The notes below the pieces were generated by a model. That model was not told where the DNA came from and ran no database searches. It saw only the letters and a program-made list of their open reading frames with translations. A stretch of 64,000 bases of DNA, taken from assembly GCA_003707115.1 (NCBI GenBank), contig PPNB01000017.1, positions 1 through 64,000 on the forward strand, read 5' to 3'. The stretch comes from Tortispora ganteri. Its lineage: Eukaryota. A program made the translations under genes and the position numbers. Below, piece by piece: positions 34,332-45,507 of the stretch. Each line of letters starts with the position of its first letter. Position 1 is the first letter of the stretch.

Positions 34332-35405
34332 TTATCTGCGAGCCCAACCATGAGCCAGCATCCATTTCTCAATCGAGTCCCATATGTGTTCTGAGACTTC
34401 ACGGTCCCGGAACCTATGCACGCGATCAATAGGTACCTTTTCGATATTCCAGGACTTCATAGCAGCAGGTGCATTATCGTTGGCATAAGAAACGTAAAAT
34501 CCTTTAACTTTTTGAAACAGTTCATTCGGATTAGACCATTTGTAAGACTTGAACTGCCACGCTTGTCCAGTGGTAAAAACAGCAACCACGCGATCCCAAT
34601 AATCAGGCTTAAATCGTTCTGTAGAGTCCACAAAGGCGAACCTAACAGTCCGACCCAGTCTCGGTGAAGTTCTATTGATAATTAAAAAATTAGATTCTGA
34701 TGAAGCAGAGGGAATCTCAAATCTTCCATTAGAAAGAAAGTTCTTGATATTCGACATATTGAGAATAGCTGAAGCTGAAGGTGACAGCAAAATGATAGGA
34801 TCGCGATTTCTCGAACTAGAACTATGACTTGGTGCTGAGTTTGCAGAAATTTGGCGATTGGTCTGCTGTGAACTCTTTTGAAGGAACATCTGTTGCGCCT
34901 CTTTTCGTAAATATCCAAAATCTATGGGCTTCGTTCCATGCAGTGCAGTATTATGATTAATTAGAGGTTTCTCAGCAGCGTAAATTCGCTGCAAAGCAGG
35001 ACTGAAATCGTCACGTCCCTTTGCACGTCGAGTCTCACCACCTGTAGGCTCGATGAACTGGCTCTCATTGACATTGCCTTCTAGGTATGTTATAAGATCT
35101 GCTCTTTCTAAGAATGGGAAATCCTCTATATCGTTCTCTTCGCATTTAGATACATATTCTGCAATATTCAAATCCTTGCACAACCAGCAAAAAACTAACT
35201 GCCGCAGATTAACCCCATTTTCATCACCTGCATGCTTAAACCGCGTAATTGAATTAAGTGAAAGCGTTTTATCGTTCAATCGTACATATTGCGCAATGTT
35301 GATGTCTTCCGTGGTATTCCCATCTTCTGACTCCAGTAACTCAATCACGCCCTTCTGCACACAAACTGCTCTTAAAGCTTCTAATGGGTCGATTACAGAT
35401 GGCAT
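34332..35405 (-). CDS. CDC73: Paf1 complex subunit Cdc73
   Basis: FLERADLITYLEG, PIILLSPSASAILNMSNIKNFL, WDRVVAVFTTGQAWQFKSYKW. Confidence 0.95.
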   Translation of the reverse strand: MPSVIDPLEALRAVCVQKGVIELLESEDGNTTEDINIAQYVRLNDKTLSLNSITRFKHAGDENGVNLRQLVFCWLCKDLNIAEYVSKCEENDIEDFPFLERADLITYLEGNVNESQFIEPTGGETRRAKGRDDFSPALQRIYAAEKPLINHNTALHGTKPIDFGYLRKEAQQMFLQKSSQQTNRQISANSAPSHSSSSRNRDPIILLSPSASAILNMSNIKNFLSNGRFEIPSASSESNFLIINRTSPRLGRTVRFAFVDSTERFKPDYWDRVVAVFTTGQAWQFKSYKWSNPNELFQKVKGFYVSYANDNAPAAMKSWNIEKVPIDRVHRFRDREVSEHIWDSIEKWMLAHGWARR

Positions 35406-35708
35406 GTTTAACCAAAATCTAGCTTACTAGAATTAGGCAGAACAACAAGATATATTATTTTATTCACAGGAAACCGAAACGGTGTTATGCATAGCAACGA
35501 AAACTCACAATGTGACCTGAAAAAAACCCTCCACCCTTGAATGCAGCTTTAAAAGACAATTTAGCCCCCCACTACTACCATTTTAGCGATCTCCTTTCCG
35601 CCTTACTTGATATTCTCCTTCATACCCTCACCGCCTAAAGGCACTGAAACGACCTTATTTGCATTTAAAAACGAACTCTATTTTGCTCTAAAATAACTAA
35701 AACCTGAT

Positions 35709-37943
35709 ATGAGATATGACATGCGGTTAATTCTTTGGATTCTGCAGCTGACAATAGTGTCTGCTTTTGGATCCAGTTCTGAAGCTGAAGTTGAGGACCC
35801 GAGTATCGAGATTACGCCTGAAAATTACGAAGAGCTTTTGATGCAAATGCCCGGAGTCTGGTTTATAAAACATTTCTCTCCTACTTGTAGCCATTGCAGA
35901 GCGTTGGCACCTCATTGGGCAGAGTTTAGTAAACTTGTACTATCTCAAAACGATGATTTCGGTGTAAAAATAGGCAGCATCAACTGCCTCGCTTACGGCG
36001 ACTTATGCGCAGAACACGAGGTCCATGCTTATCCTGACATGTCAGTGTTCAAGAATGGGATCAGATGGGATCAGCTTGTAAGTAAAGGTGACAATAGCGC
36101 TGAAAGACTTCTTCGCTATTATTTCAAGATCAAGTCCGCATTGACCGATCCGTTGGCAAAGTTGAAACCTAGCGAAATTGGGGATGATGTTGTGGAACAA
36201 TACATGTCTAAAGTTTTGTCACCTTCTTCTGGATTTGGAGCAAATAACGGTACTGCTGATGATACAGATAAGAAAGAATCGCAAGATACCCTTGCTCCAG
36301 CGACAGGAGAGAAGCTAGATTCTCCAGACTATTCTCTGACCGGTACTGATCACTCAGACCTTGATGTCGATATCGACGGTAATGCAGATGTAGATGACGC
36401 TAGTAAGTTCTCTTCTACCACGAAATCCGCATCTGATGCTGCCAATATAGGTGCTGCTGTACCAGCTCCTGTTACAGAGTTTAATCCTTCTGCAGATTTT
36501 GATGAAGCTTCTCTGGTTGGTTCTCCAAACCCCTCGGGAATTTCTGTTCAACTCACCTTAAAATCGTTTAGTGAAAACGTTGCCAAATCTCCTGATTCTA
36601 AATGGTTAATCGCTTTCTACACCAAAAAATGCTCTGCTTGGAATAACATCAAAGATAACTGGGCACAGCTTGCGAGGTATACGCAGGGACATCTTAATAT
36701 TGGCCATGTAGATTGCTCTACTGACAAAAAGTTGTGTAAAGGCATAAATCTGTCGCCTTGTTCTTCAATAATGGCTTTTAAAGGCACTGAGAATATTGCA
36801 CTCTCGTTAGAACGTCAATCGTCCTTACCACAGGAAGTTCTCCCTGAAAACAATGGTATAGTATATGAGGGCTTCCGTAGTCTCAGTGACTTGTTGTATG
36901 TTGCTCAAAGACTTGTGGATTCTGATATTACTGATATTTCATTTGCTCAGTTTGCAGCACTAGAAGAAATTGAGCCTGTCATATTCCTCTACTTCTATGA
37001 TGATAACACTACACCTGAAGATTTTGAGTATCTTGACAAACTTTCTTTTCCTGTCTTTGAACATGCTCGTATTGTGAAAACTAGAGACCCGGATCTGATA
37101 GAGCGATTTGGAACTTCTCAGTTTCCCAAGTTGATTGCAGTAAAGAGCGGTCAGGTTATTACATTTAACTCATTAGGACCTCGAGATATTAGGAGTTATG
37201 ATAAAGTCTTTGCTTGGATGAAAGCCAACTGGGTTGGATTGTATCCAGAGCTAACAGCTATTAATGCAAAAGAAGTTCTTAGTGGCCGCACTGTAGTGCT
37301 GGCTGTCCTGGACAGAAGCGACACTGAAAATTTCAATATGACAAAAATCGAAATGCTTTCTGCGGCTAAAGAGTACAGCGAGTATCAGGCACAGGAGGAG
37401 AATTCAGTGAAAGCTGAGAAACGAAAACGAAAGAATCGCAAAATCAAAGAAGCTGAAGATAAAGACGATGACAAAGCTCTTTCCGATGCTAAGAAAATAA
37501 AAGTTGAAGTACCTCCTTCTCCACCTGTTGGGTTTGCATGGATTGATGGTCTATTGTGGGAGAGATGGCTTAAGGTGACATATGGAGTTACCCCAAGAGA
37601 CAAACGACCGCGAGTCATAATTGTTAGATATGATGAAGGCAAGTATTGGGACGAAACCCAATCCGGTGAACCTATATCTGCTTCTCGTTCAGAAGTATTG
37701 GATACTTTATTTGCGATCATGCGAAGCCCGCCTTTATTGTCACCCAAGAGCTCTGTTTCACGGATCAGTACCTGGTTTTACCTAGTGCAAAACTGGGTTC
37801 TTTTCCATGTGAAGCTCTCCTTATTCTTTCTGTTCTGCAGCATTATATTCTTATATGTACACAGAAAGAATAGACATCTAAGAGGAGCACGGTCATTGGC
37901 CTTACCTGCTTTTGAGACGCCTACTGAAGGAAAGATTGACTAG
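35709..37943 (+). CDS. EPS1: ER membrane thioredoxin/PDI-family protein (Eps1-like)
   Basis: Signal peptide, WFIKHFSPTCSHC thioredoxin motif, second degenerate Trx fold (KKCSAW), C-terminal TM helix and GKID end. Confidence 0.75.
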   Translation: MRYDMRLILWILQLTIVSAFGSSSEAEVEDPSIEITPENYEELLMQMPGVWFIKHFSPTCSHCRALAPHWAEFSKLVLSQNDDFGVKIGSINCLAYGDLCAEHEVHAYPDMSVFKNGIRWDQLVSKGDNSAERLLRYYFKIKSALTDPLAKLKPSEIGDDVVEQYMSKVLSPSSGFGANNGTADDTDKKESQDTLAPATGEKLDSPDYSLTGTDHSDLDVDIDGNADVDDASKFSSTTKSASDAANIGAAVPAPVTEFNPSADFDEASLVGSPNPSGISVQLTLKSFSENVAKSPDSKWLIAFYTKKCSAWNNIKDNWAQLARYTQGHLNIGHVDCSTDKKLCKGINLSPCSSIMAFKGTENIALSLERQSSLPQEVLPENNGIVYEGFRSLSDLLYVAQRLVDSDITDISFAQFAALEEIEPVIFLYFYDDNTTPEDFEYLDKLSFPVFEHARIVKTRDPDLIERFGTSQFPKLIAVKSGQVITFNSLGPRDIRSYDKVFAWMKANWVGLYPELTAINAKEVLSGRTVVLAVLDRSDTENFNMTKIEMLSAAKEYSEYQAQEENSVKAEKRKRKNRKIKEAEDKDDDKALSDAKKIKVEVPPSPPVGFAWIDGLLWERWLKVTYGVTPRDKRPRVIIVRYDEGKYWDETQSGEPISASRSEVLDTLFAIMRSPPLLSPKSSVSRISTWFYLVQNWVLFHVKLSLFFLFCSIIFLYVHRKNRHLRGARSLALPAFETPTEGKID

Positions 37944-38058
37944 TTGATTTGATATTGCTAGCCAGAGAACACTTCAGTTTTCTCCTTAATTTTTGTATCA
38001 AATAGTTATTTTAATATTATGAGTAATATTACAACAATGAGTTGAGTACTGTAGTCAT

Positions 38059-40788
38059 TCATCTTCCGCGGCGGCTTTTCTTTATTGGTCCGATAGCGGC
38101 GCTAGCGCGTTTCTTTGAAGCCATTGAAATAGATGCAAACGTAGATTTTTCTTTATGTGCTTCGTTAAATGTAGTTTTGTCCTCTTTAAGAGCTGCTTCT
38201 AATTTTGCTCTTTTGTCTTTTATAGCTTGAAGTTTGCGAGATTCAGTAGATTTTGAAAACTGGTCAGTGCGAATAATATAAAATGCAGCACCCATATCCG
38301 CCAACCATTCTGGTTCAACTGCCGTAACCACAGACATGTATTCTTTAGATGTAAGAATCAACTCATGATAAACTACAAAATCCGGAAGAAGTCCGGATCC
38401 ATAGAGTGCAGATGTTGGATGCAAGACTAGCGGGACAGAAGTCCTAATATTAGTAAACTCGCCAATTCCTTTCACTCTGGCAGCTTTATAGAAATAAGCT
38501 GAGCATATACATTTTCTTAAAAGAATATCGTTAGACCCGCATGAATGCAGTTTAGAACCGCGAAGTAGCGTTTTGCGCACTAAGTCTTGCAGCTGATGCT
38601 TAATTTCGGCAGCTCTGCGTAATGATTTAGACACTAGAAAATGTTGTGCACACCACTTATCAGAACATTTGTTAGACTGCCATTGCTTGAAAACATTTAA
38701 CAGCGTTAAATGATCACTTTCTGGTACAAAAAAACGTTCCCGTGCATTGTCTGCCTCATCTTGCCGTTCTTTTGGCCTATAAAAGACATTAGGGACAGAA
38801 AGCATGGCAACTATACAGACCATCTCACTAGAGCAGTGATATTCTTCTTTTGTAGACATTATAAGTAAACGAGCAAGGGCAGGATCCATAGGACAGTGTG
38901 ACATGTCTTTGCCAATGTCCGTAAGGTGCCCCATATTATCAATAGCCTCAAGTGACCAGAGCTCATAAAGAGCTGAGTTTATGGCATCTTTAGTTGGAGG
39001 GTCTAAGAAATCAAAATTCCAGACATCTTTTACGCCCAACGCTTTCAATGTTAGTAATGTATTCGACAAATTAGCTCGCTTAATTTCGGGCACAGGTTGC
39101 TCAAGCATGTCGTTAACAAAAGTGTCCATTGTATAAAGTCTGTACGCAGTTCCCGGACCAGTTCGACCAGCTCTACCAGCTCTTTGATTAGCATTAGCTT
39201 TTGAAATAGGAGTCAGTTGTAGTACATCCATTCCTATATTGTAGTTGTAATTCTTCACTTTGGCGTACCCAGAATCAACAACATACGTTATGCCGTCTAC
39301 AGTCAGTGAAGTTTCGGCAATGTTAGTTGCAATAATGCACTTTCTCGTTCCATCAGGGGCAGGTTCAAATATTTTGCTTTGAAGTTTAGAAGGTAGTTGA
39401 GAGTAGATCGGTAAAATCAGTAAAGGCGCTGTATCGTCAAGCTCAGAAAGTTTTTCTGAAATAATTTCACAGGTGGCATCTATATCTTCCTGTCCAGACA
39501 TAAATACAAGAATATCACCCGGAAGAGACGCTTGTAAGTGAATAGATAGAACTTGTTTTACGGCGCTTTCAACGTAATCATCAGCAGAGTATTTAGCAAA
39601 TAAGGTCTCTACCGGGAAGGTACGACCTGGTATGGAGAAGGTATGCGCTCCGCTGAAGTAGTTCGAGAACTGAGATATATTCAAGGTAGCTGAAGTAATG
39701 ACAAGTTTTAAGTCTCTTCTGCGAGTCAGAATTAGTCGAAATATACCTAAAAGCAAGTCAGTATTGAGAGAACGTTCATGAGCCTCGTCGAGAATAATGC
39801 AGGAATATTTATTCAAATCAGGGTCGCTGATAGTTTCTCTTAGAAGCACACCATCTGTCATATATTTTATACGCGTAATATCTGATGTACAGTCCTCAAA
39901 ACGAATAGAATAACCAACAGTAGTTCCTAAACCACAGTTCATCTCTTCCGAAACACGTTTCGCGACGGATATTGCTGCAACTCGTCTTGGCTGAGTACAG
40001 GCTATGGAATGAGTGTCCGAGGTATATCCGTCTTCGTAAAGAAATTGAGTTAATTGAGTCGTTTTACCTGAACCAGTTTCTCCGGATACGACAATTACTT
40101 GGTTCTCTCTCACAACTTGTAGAAACTGATCTCTGGCCGCGAAAGATGGTAAGTTACGCCGTTGTTCTTGGATCTTAGCCACGTCAATAGAAGGATCTAG
40201 CTTATGCACGGGTAATTTCCTTGATAATTTAGCGTCTGGTGAAAAAGAATCAGAGTCATCAGTCGAGTTTGATCCCATAATAGCACCTAGAGTTGTACCA
40301 GAAAGAGATGTAGAATCTCTTACTTGCTTTAAACGTTCACGGCGTTGTCTCAACTCTTTGACAATAGTGCTGCCTTTCTTAGCAAGTACAGCAATGTCAG
40401 ATTTCGGGTCTTTAACCACTAAAATTTGCTGTTTAGACTTTAAATCATTGACATTCAGTCCTTCAAGAAATGGAGGTACGAGGTTACTACTAACAAGATG
40501 TATTTTATTAGTGTTAAAATCGGCATCGAAGTTGGTATTCTGACCAGCAGAAGAACTCCCATAAAGCTGATTTCGTTCCCATGCATCATAGTTGTGTTTT
40601 CTTTCTTTGGCAGCTAAAGATACTCGTGCACGTACTTTATTCTCTCGGGACGAGTAATCTGTAAGCACCTCAGGCCCATCTACGGTATCCAAGACGTGCC
40701 CCGATTCGCTCTCATCGTACCATTCCAAATCGCTACGACGTAAATCTGATAAATATTGTGGCCCTTCGTTGGGTAAATTCATTGACAT
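38059..40788 (-). CDS. PRP16: Pre-mRNA splicing DEAH-box helicase Prp16
   Basis: GETGSGKTT, DEAH, SAT, QRAGRAGR; Prp16-specific LVPPFLEG and VKDPKSDIAVLAKKGS. Confidence 0.93.
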   Translation of the reverse strand: MSMNLPNEGPQYLSDLRRSDLEWYDESESGHVLDTVDGPEVLTDYSSRENKVRARVSLAAKERKHNYDAWERNQLYGSSSAGQNTNFDADFNTNKIHLVSSNLVPPFLEGLNVNDLKSKQQILVVKDPKSDIAVLAKKGSTIVKELRQRRERLKQVRDSTSLSGTTLGAIMGSNSTDDSDSFSPDAKLSRKLPVHKLDPSIDVAKIQEQRRNLPSFAARDQFLQVVRENQVIVVSGETGSGKTTQLTQFLYEDGYTSDTHSIACTQPRRVAAISVAKRVSEEMNCGLGTTVGYSIRFEDCTSDITRIKYMTDGVLLRETISDPDLNKYSCIILDEAHERSLNTDLLLGIFRLILTRRRDLKLVITSATLNISQFSNYFSGAHTFSIPGRTFPVETLFAKYSADDYVESAVKQVLSIHLQASLPGDILVFMSGQEDIDATCEIISEKLSELDDTAPLLILPIYSQLPSKLQSKIFEPAPDGTRKCIIATNIAETSLTVDGITYVVDSGYAKVKNYNYNIGMDVLQLTPISKANANQRAGRAGRTGPGTAYRLYTMDTFVNDMLEQPVPEIKRANLSNTLLTLKALGVKDVWNFDFLDPPTKDAINSALYELWSLEAIDNMGHLTDIGKDMSHCPMDPALARLLIMSTKEEYHCSSEMVCIVAMLSVPNVFYRPKERQDEADNARERFFVPESDHLTLLNVFKQWQSNKCSDKWCAQHFLVSKSLRRAAEIKHQLQDLVRKTLLRGSKLHSCGSNDILLRKCICSAYFYKAARVKGIGEFTNIRTSVPLVLHPTSALYGSGLLPDFVVYHELILTSKEYMSVVTAVEPEWLADMGAAFYIIRTDQFSKSTESRKLQAIKDKRAKLEAALKEDKTTFNEAHKEKSTFASISMASKKRASAAIGPIKKSRRGR

Positions 40789-41062
40789 GCGAATTTTTAC
40801 AGTGACATCGAAAGCGAAGTTGCAACTTCATCTCGCTTTCCTTTTTACTTGGGACTTGCAGCGGCCCACAAGTTTGCAACTCTTTCGTAACTACTTTAAA
40901 ATAAATAATAAACTTACAATGTAGTATTAAGCCGAAGAAATAATCATTTTCTGCAGAAAAGAAACTACCGGGAATTTGTCCATCCCAGTCATGCACGCTG
41001 ACCTCCGAACGATCAAATACTTAAAATATGCCAAAAATAGCCAAAAACACATGTAAAGAATG

Positions 41063-42178
41063 TCAGCTAAAAGCATTATGAGATACGATCCTCATAACTT
41101 TTCGCGAGACTGCAGCTCGCTCTTGTAATGAGGAATCAAGATTATCATGTCGACGTTTACGTTTATCCGCTACCAAATCCAATGCACAAGATTCATCTGA
41201 ACTGCTCGGAGGTGATAGTAGTGAAGAAAGAGAACTCGCCACAGTAATTTTGTCTAACGAGACATGTTGCAGTCCTCGGGTCTGATGCGCAGGCACAGTC
41301 GACTTGGCCTTAATAGGCGCAACCGGCGCGCTACAGAAACTAGAACTGTCATGCGAAGACATCAAACTGTCAGGAGAGGAAGATGAAGTATCAGAAGGAG
41401 TGTGCGGAGGAGTAAGAGCAGGTATATTGTCAACTTTGGGCATAAGGTCATTAGAACCGCGAACAGAATCAAAGTATAGAACACCTAATTGTTTGGATTT
41501 CTCCAAATCTGACTGAAATCTAAACAGTCTTTCAACCCAACCGTCGCATTTGTTTGACGCAGAGGCCCAGTCCCATAAAAGACTAGACCAATTGTCAAAA
41601 ACATCATGAGGAACATACAACTGCCAATCAACGGCGTTCAAAAATGCATACTCGTTAGAGCTGATCTCCGAGGGGGCAAGACCAGATATTTTCGACCAGC
41701 CTTTCGCGGTATAGTTGCAATCTTGTAGGTACTTGAAGGCAAGGACTAACGAAGTTAAGAACATGCGACGGCCACATGCTAACATAGCTTCCGGTGTTTT
41801 GCAATCCTTGCAGTTGCTTTCGAGTCGTTGCAACTTTGGCTTCAGTAGTAACAAATAATAAAGAGCTAATTGTAGAACTGTATAGGTAGCGCGCGAGCGA
41901 CGTAATGTCTCTTTAACAAAAACGCGTAATGGTATAATTTTCGGGCAGCTGGATTTATTCTTCACCCAAAGGGATTCGATAAAGAGTGCAGCGCACTCTA
42001 CCAATGAATCGAGAAGATCTCTTCTTTTATCTTTCGATCTTCGTAGGTCTGGTTTGTCATTGACGAAGTTTTGCTTTGAAGAGTTCAAAACTTCTAATGA
42101 AGGTAAGGAAAGCTGAGTATCGTTAGCATGGATAATGCTCGACGCGGTTATAGTAGTTGAAGTAGTCATTTCTTTCAT
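41063..42178 (-). CDS. PCL5: Pho85 cyclin of the Pcl5 family
   Basis: Cyclin box ETLRRSRATYTVLQLALYYL..CGRRMFLTSLVLAFKYLQD.NY..KGWSKISGL; PEST-like tail. First ATG at 42178. Confidence 0.75.
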   Translation of the reverse strand: MKEMTTSTTITASSIIHANDTQLSLPSLEVLNSSKQNFVNDKPDLRRSKDKRRDLLDSLVECAALFIESLWVKNKSSCPKIIPLRVFVKETLRRSRATYTVLQLALYYLLLLKPKLQRLESNCKDCKTPEAMLACGRRMFLTSLVLAFKYLQDCNYTAKGWSKISGLAPSEISSNEYAFLNAVDWQLYVPHDVFDNWSSLLWDWASASNKCDGWVERLFRFQSDLEKSKQLGVLYFDSVRGSNDLMPKVDNIPALTPPHTPSDTSSSSPDSLMSSHDSSSFCSAPVAPIKAKSTVPAHQTRGLQHVSLDKITVASSLSSLLSPPSSSDESCALDLVADKRKRRHDNLDSSLQERAAVSRKVMRIVSHNAFS

Positions 42179-42447
42179 CCGCCAAGTCAGTAGCAAGCGG
42201 AATAGTTATTTTGGAGTGCTAGTTCTATAGTATGTCAAGGAACAAAAAACAGCCGCAAATAAATGGCGGAAAGAGTAAATGTATAGGAGGATATTTTCTG
42301 GCGATGTTAAAGATTTAAAGAGATAAAGGATCAAGAGACACTTAAATCAGCAGCTCGGATTACTTGACCCAGTAGTATCAACAGCGTTAAATTCCCTTCT
42401 CTTTTGTTTTCGTTGTTTTGAGTTACTGTACAAGAACCAGTCACAGG

Positions 42448-42477
42448 TTAGAAGTGAACAGCAACAATAGACACCAT
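42448..42477 (-). other. uORF2 in PCL5 leader (MVSIVAVHF*)
   Basis: ATG GTG TCT ATT GTT GCT GTT CAC TTC TAA; one of only two minus-strand ATGs in 42179-43011. Confidence 0.6.
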
Positions 42478-42520
42478 TCTGCAATGTCTTATCTGGAATG
42501 CACAAATATAATAAAATCCA

Positions 42521-42580
42521 CTAATTAACAGTCAAAAAAACAGTTGAACTTAACAAAGTATTCAAAAAATCAAAAAACAT
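42521..42580 (-). other. uORF1 in PCL5 leader (MFFDFLNTLLSSTVFLTVN*)
   Basis: ATG at 42580, TAG at 42523-42521. Confidence 0.6.
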
Positions 42581-42890
42581 AAAACGGTAGAAGAGAAATT
42601 ATAATGCAAAAAGAAGAGCTGAGTCCTTTTTCTACTGCTATACCGTTCGAGATTGTCTTTCCGTCAGGCTGGTTTGAAAGACAGAATAGTAACAAATAAA
42701 TGCGAGACTATTCGACGAAAAGGCTGTATATCAAAAACAAATTATAATTCACAAAAAGATGACCCTTCTACTATTAGTATAATACAAAGGGATTATCTGG
42801 AGATCGTAGCCTGATTGAGTGAATCAAGATTAACGTGATAGCGAAGATATGTGTCCTTATTTAAGTAGGTTGTTTGGAGGCTCGGTAAAA

Positions 42891-43438
42891 GAGTCACCAG
42901 TAAGTGTGGCAATTAAGCCGGGTAACGTCTTGTTGCTATGGTAAAATTGAAGCTAATTTCGGGTCAGGCCGCTAATGACTCACGCTACTGTATACTCTAA
43001 TGGGCAACTTTCATTTTGTCGCACCTAGACTTTCTTCGGTGCATGCCCAAGAGCCATAATTGGTTTTAATGGCTGATGACCTATGAAATGAGCGTGTCCT
43101 ACTTATATTGGGAGTGCATGCCCTTTAGGGGAAAGTCCTTATCCTTGTGAATCAGGTCGATCAAGTTATCGAGTCAGATAGGCTCATTACGAACGAGTCA
43201 ATATATTCTGCAATCATTTCTACGCTCGATGTTTATCGTGACACAGTATATAGTATAGACAATCAATAACGCGAACAAATGAGTGCGGCGTACTATCAAC
43301 CTTCGCTCATAGGTTCCGGCCGGTCCAGCGCAATAAGCTTTTCATTACTGCATTTGGTGATTTTGGAAGGTTTAGTTCGCGATAGCACATTTCAGTGCCC
43401 GTACCGCGTATCTTTACTAGTTATCGAAGAGGTGACTC
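42891..43438. promoter_or_regulatory. Cluster of five Gcn4/AP-1 core sites (TGACTC) upstream of PCL5, plus a Reb1-like CCGGGTAA
   Basis: GAGTCA 42891, ATGACTCAC 42975-42983, GAGTCA 43171, GAGTCA 43195, TGACTC 43433; CCGGGTAA 42918-42925. Confidence 0.7.
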
Positions 43439-43884
43439 TACGTGCCTTTATCACAGACAGCGACTATCGAGCAAAAAGTTAATGCATATCGCTAGTTAAC
43501 TACAGATAACGCTGACCATGCATTGACCTCCTTTCCTGTTTCGCCCCTTTCCTTTAAAATCGTGGAGTTTAAAGCAATAACAAAATGCTAAACAATAAGT
43601 CACCATGACAACACCAATGCGGTGGGCTCTTTTTACACCCGCGAGGTTGCGGAACCCTTGCAGTGCTAGTTTCTAAGCACCTGCGAATTGGGACTCCTTC
43701 ATAACATTTATTATTAACCTCACGCTATATAGAAACAGGTGCAAGCAGTTATTGCTTATCGTATTAAAACGCACTTGATAAACGCGCTTTATAGTGTATT
43801 GTAAAGGATTTATTACAGTTAGCGATATATATTTGCTTTGCTTTATTGACCTTTGTTTCTTTCGCATACCTTCATACAGCGGTT

Positions 43885-45507
43885 ATGAGTGACGTTCACG
43901 GATTAGCAGGCGCAGCGTCTCCGTCTGCCGGTCTTTCTCGATTTGCAATTACAGACAATTTAGTCTATCTTCCGAAAGCATTTAGAAAGCCTTTGAGTTA
44001 TGTGATGTCGATTTCTCCTCTGACTATTGCCTTGCTTTTGCTGATTACTCTTGTCCTCTATGACCAGGCTGCATACATCCGCAAGAAAGGCACGATTGCT
44101 GGTCCTTCTTTCAAGGTGTGGCCAATAATTGGACCTTTCCTTGAATCAATGGATCCAAAGTTTGAAGAGTACAAAGCCAAGTGGCAATCTGGAAAGCTTT
44201 CTTGCGTGTCTGTCTTTCACAAATTCGTTGTGATCGCATCCGATCGCGATCTCGCTCGGAAAATTCTTACTGCACCACGGTATGTCAAGCCTTGCGTGGT
44301 CGACGTTGCCATCAAGATTTTACGCCCAACAAATTGGGTATTCTTGGACGGGAAAGCTCATGTCGATTATAGACGCGGTCTAAACGGGTTATTCACTCGT
44401 AAAGCTCTTGTAAAGTACCTCCCCGAACAAGAAAAAATCTATAACGATTATTTTAAAATGTTCCTAGAAATATCGAAGAACGAAGCTGTACCATTCATGC
44501 ACACGTTCCGTGAATTCATGTGTGCTATTTCGCTGCGCACTTTCTGCGGTGAGTATATCACAAAAGATCAGATTAAAATGATCTCAGATAATTACTTCCG
44601 CATTACTGAAGCATTGGAGCTGGTGAACTTTCCAGTCATTCTTCCGTTCACTAAGCCTTGGTATGGTCGCAAGATTGCTGATATGACTATGGATATTTTT
44701 GCCAACTGTGCTGCATTGTCTAGAAAGGAGATGGTCTCCGGCAAACCTCCTACATGCACTTTGGATTTCTGGATCCTTGGTATGTTGCACAGCCAAGGTA
44801 AAATTTCAGATGAACAATTCCAAGCAATTGATGGCGTCTCTAACGTAACAATTAGGGAGTTCACTAACAAGGAAATATCGGAAACTCTGTTCACTTTCCT
44901 GTTTGCTTCGCAAGATGCCACATCTTCTGCTACCACATGGCTTTTCCAAATTTTAGCTGATCGCCCTGATGTATTTGCTAAGATTCGTGAAGAACAAATT
45001 GCCGTTCGTGATGGTGACTTGAATAAGCCCCTCACTATTGAGATGGTGGATAGCATGAAGTATACTCACATGGCTGTGAAGGAATGTCTTAGATACCGAC
45101 CTCCAGTTATCATGGTACCTTATGTTGCCAAGCAAGACTTTCCAATTACCGATGACTATACCGTTCCTAAAGGATCTATGATTATCCCTTCGACCTATCC
45201 TGCTCTTCATGATCCAGATGTCTACGACAACCCTGATGAGTACATTCCTGAAAGATGGATTGACGGATCGAAGGCTAATCTTAACACGAAGAACTGGTTG
45301 GTATTTGGGACTGGGCCGCATGTATGCATTGGTCAAAACTATGTCATGATAAACTTGGTGGGCATGATTGGAAAAGCTGTCTTAGAAATGGACTGGGAAC
45401 ACACTGTCACTGACAAATCCGAAGATGTACGCGTGTTTGCAACCATCTTCCCTGATGATGATTGCATTCTGAAGTTCAAACCTAGCAAACTGGTATCTTC
45501 TGCTTAA
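43885..45507 (+). CDS. ERG5: Sterol C-22 desaturase, cytochrome P450 CYP61
   Basis: SCVSVFHKFVVIAS, FTFLFASQDAT, ECLRYRPPV, heme motif FGTGPHVCIG. First ATG at 43885. Confidence 0.96.
   Translation: MSDVHGLAGAASPSAGLSRFAITDNLVYLPKAFRKPLSYVMSISPLTIALLLLITLVLYDQAAYIRKKGTIAGPSFKVWPIIGPFLESMDPKFEEYKAKWQSGKLSCVSVFHKFVVIASDRDLARKILTAPRYVKPCVVDVAIKILRPTNWVFLDGKAHVDYRRGLNGLFTRKALVKYLPEQEKIYNDYFKMFLEISKNEAVPFMHTFREFMCAISLRTFCGEYITKDQIKMISDNYFRITEALELVNFPVILPFTKPWYGRKIADMTMDIFANCAALSRKEMVSGKPPTCTLDFWILGMLHSQGKISDEQFQAIDGVSNVTIREFTNKEISETLFTFLFASQDATSSATTWLFQILADRPDVFAKIREEQIAVRDGDLNKPLTIEMVDSMKYTHMAVKECLRYRPPVIMVPYVAKQDFPITDDYTVPKGSMIIPSTYPALHDPDVYDNPDEYIPERWIDGSKANLNTKNWLVFGTGPHVCIGQNYVMINLVGMIGKAVLEMDWEHTVTDKSEDVRVFATIFPDDDCILKFKPSKLVSSA

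Noticed and set aside
35427..35508. Possible CDC73 5'-UTR intron (GTGAGT..CCTAAT..TAG, minus strand)
   Set aside because: Weak branch point and no frame-based test available.
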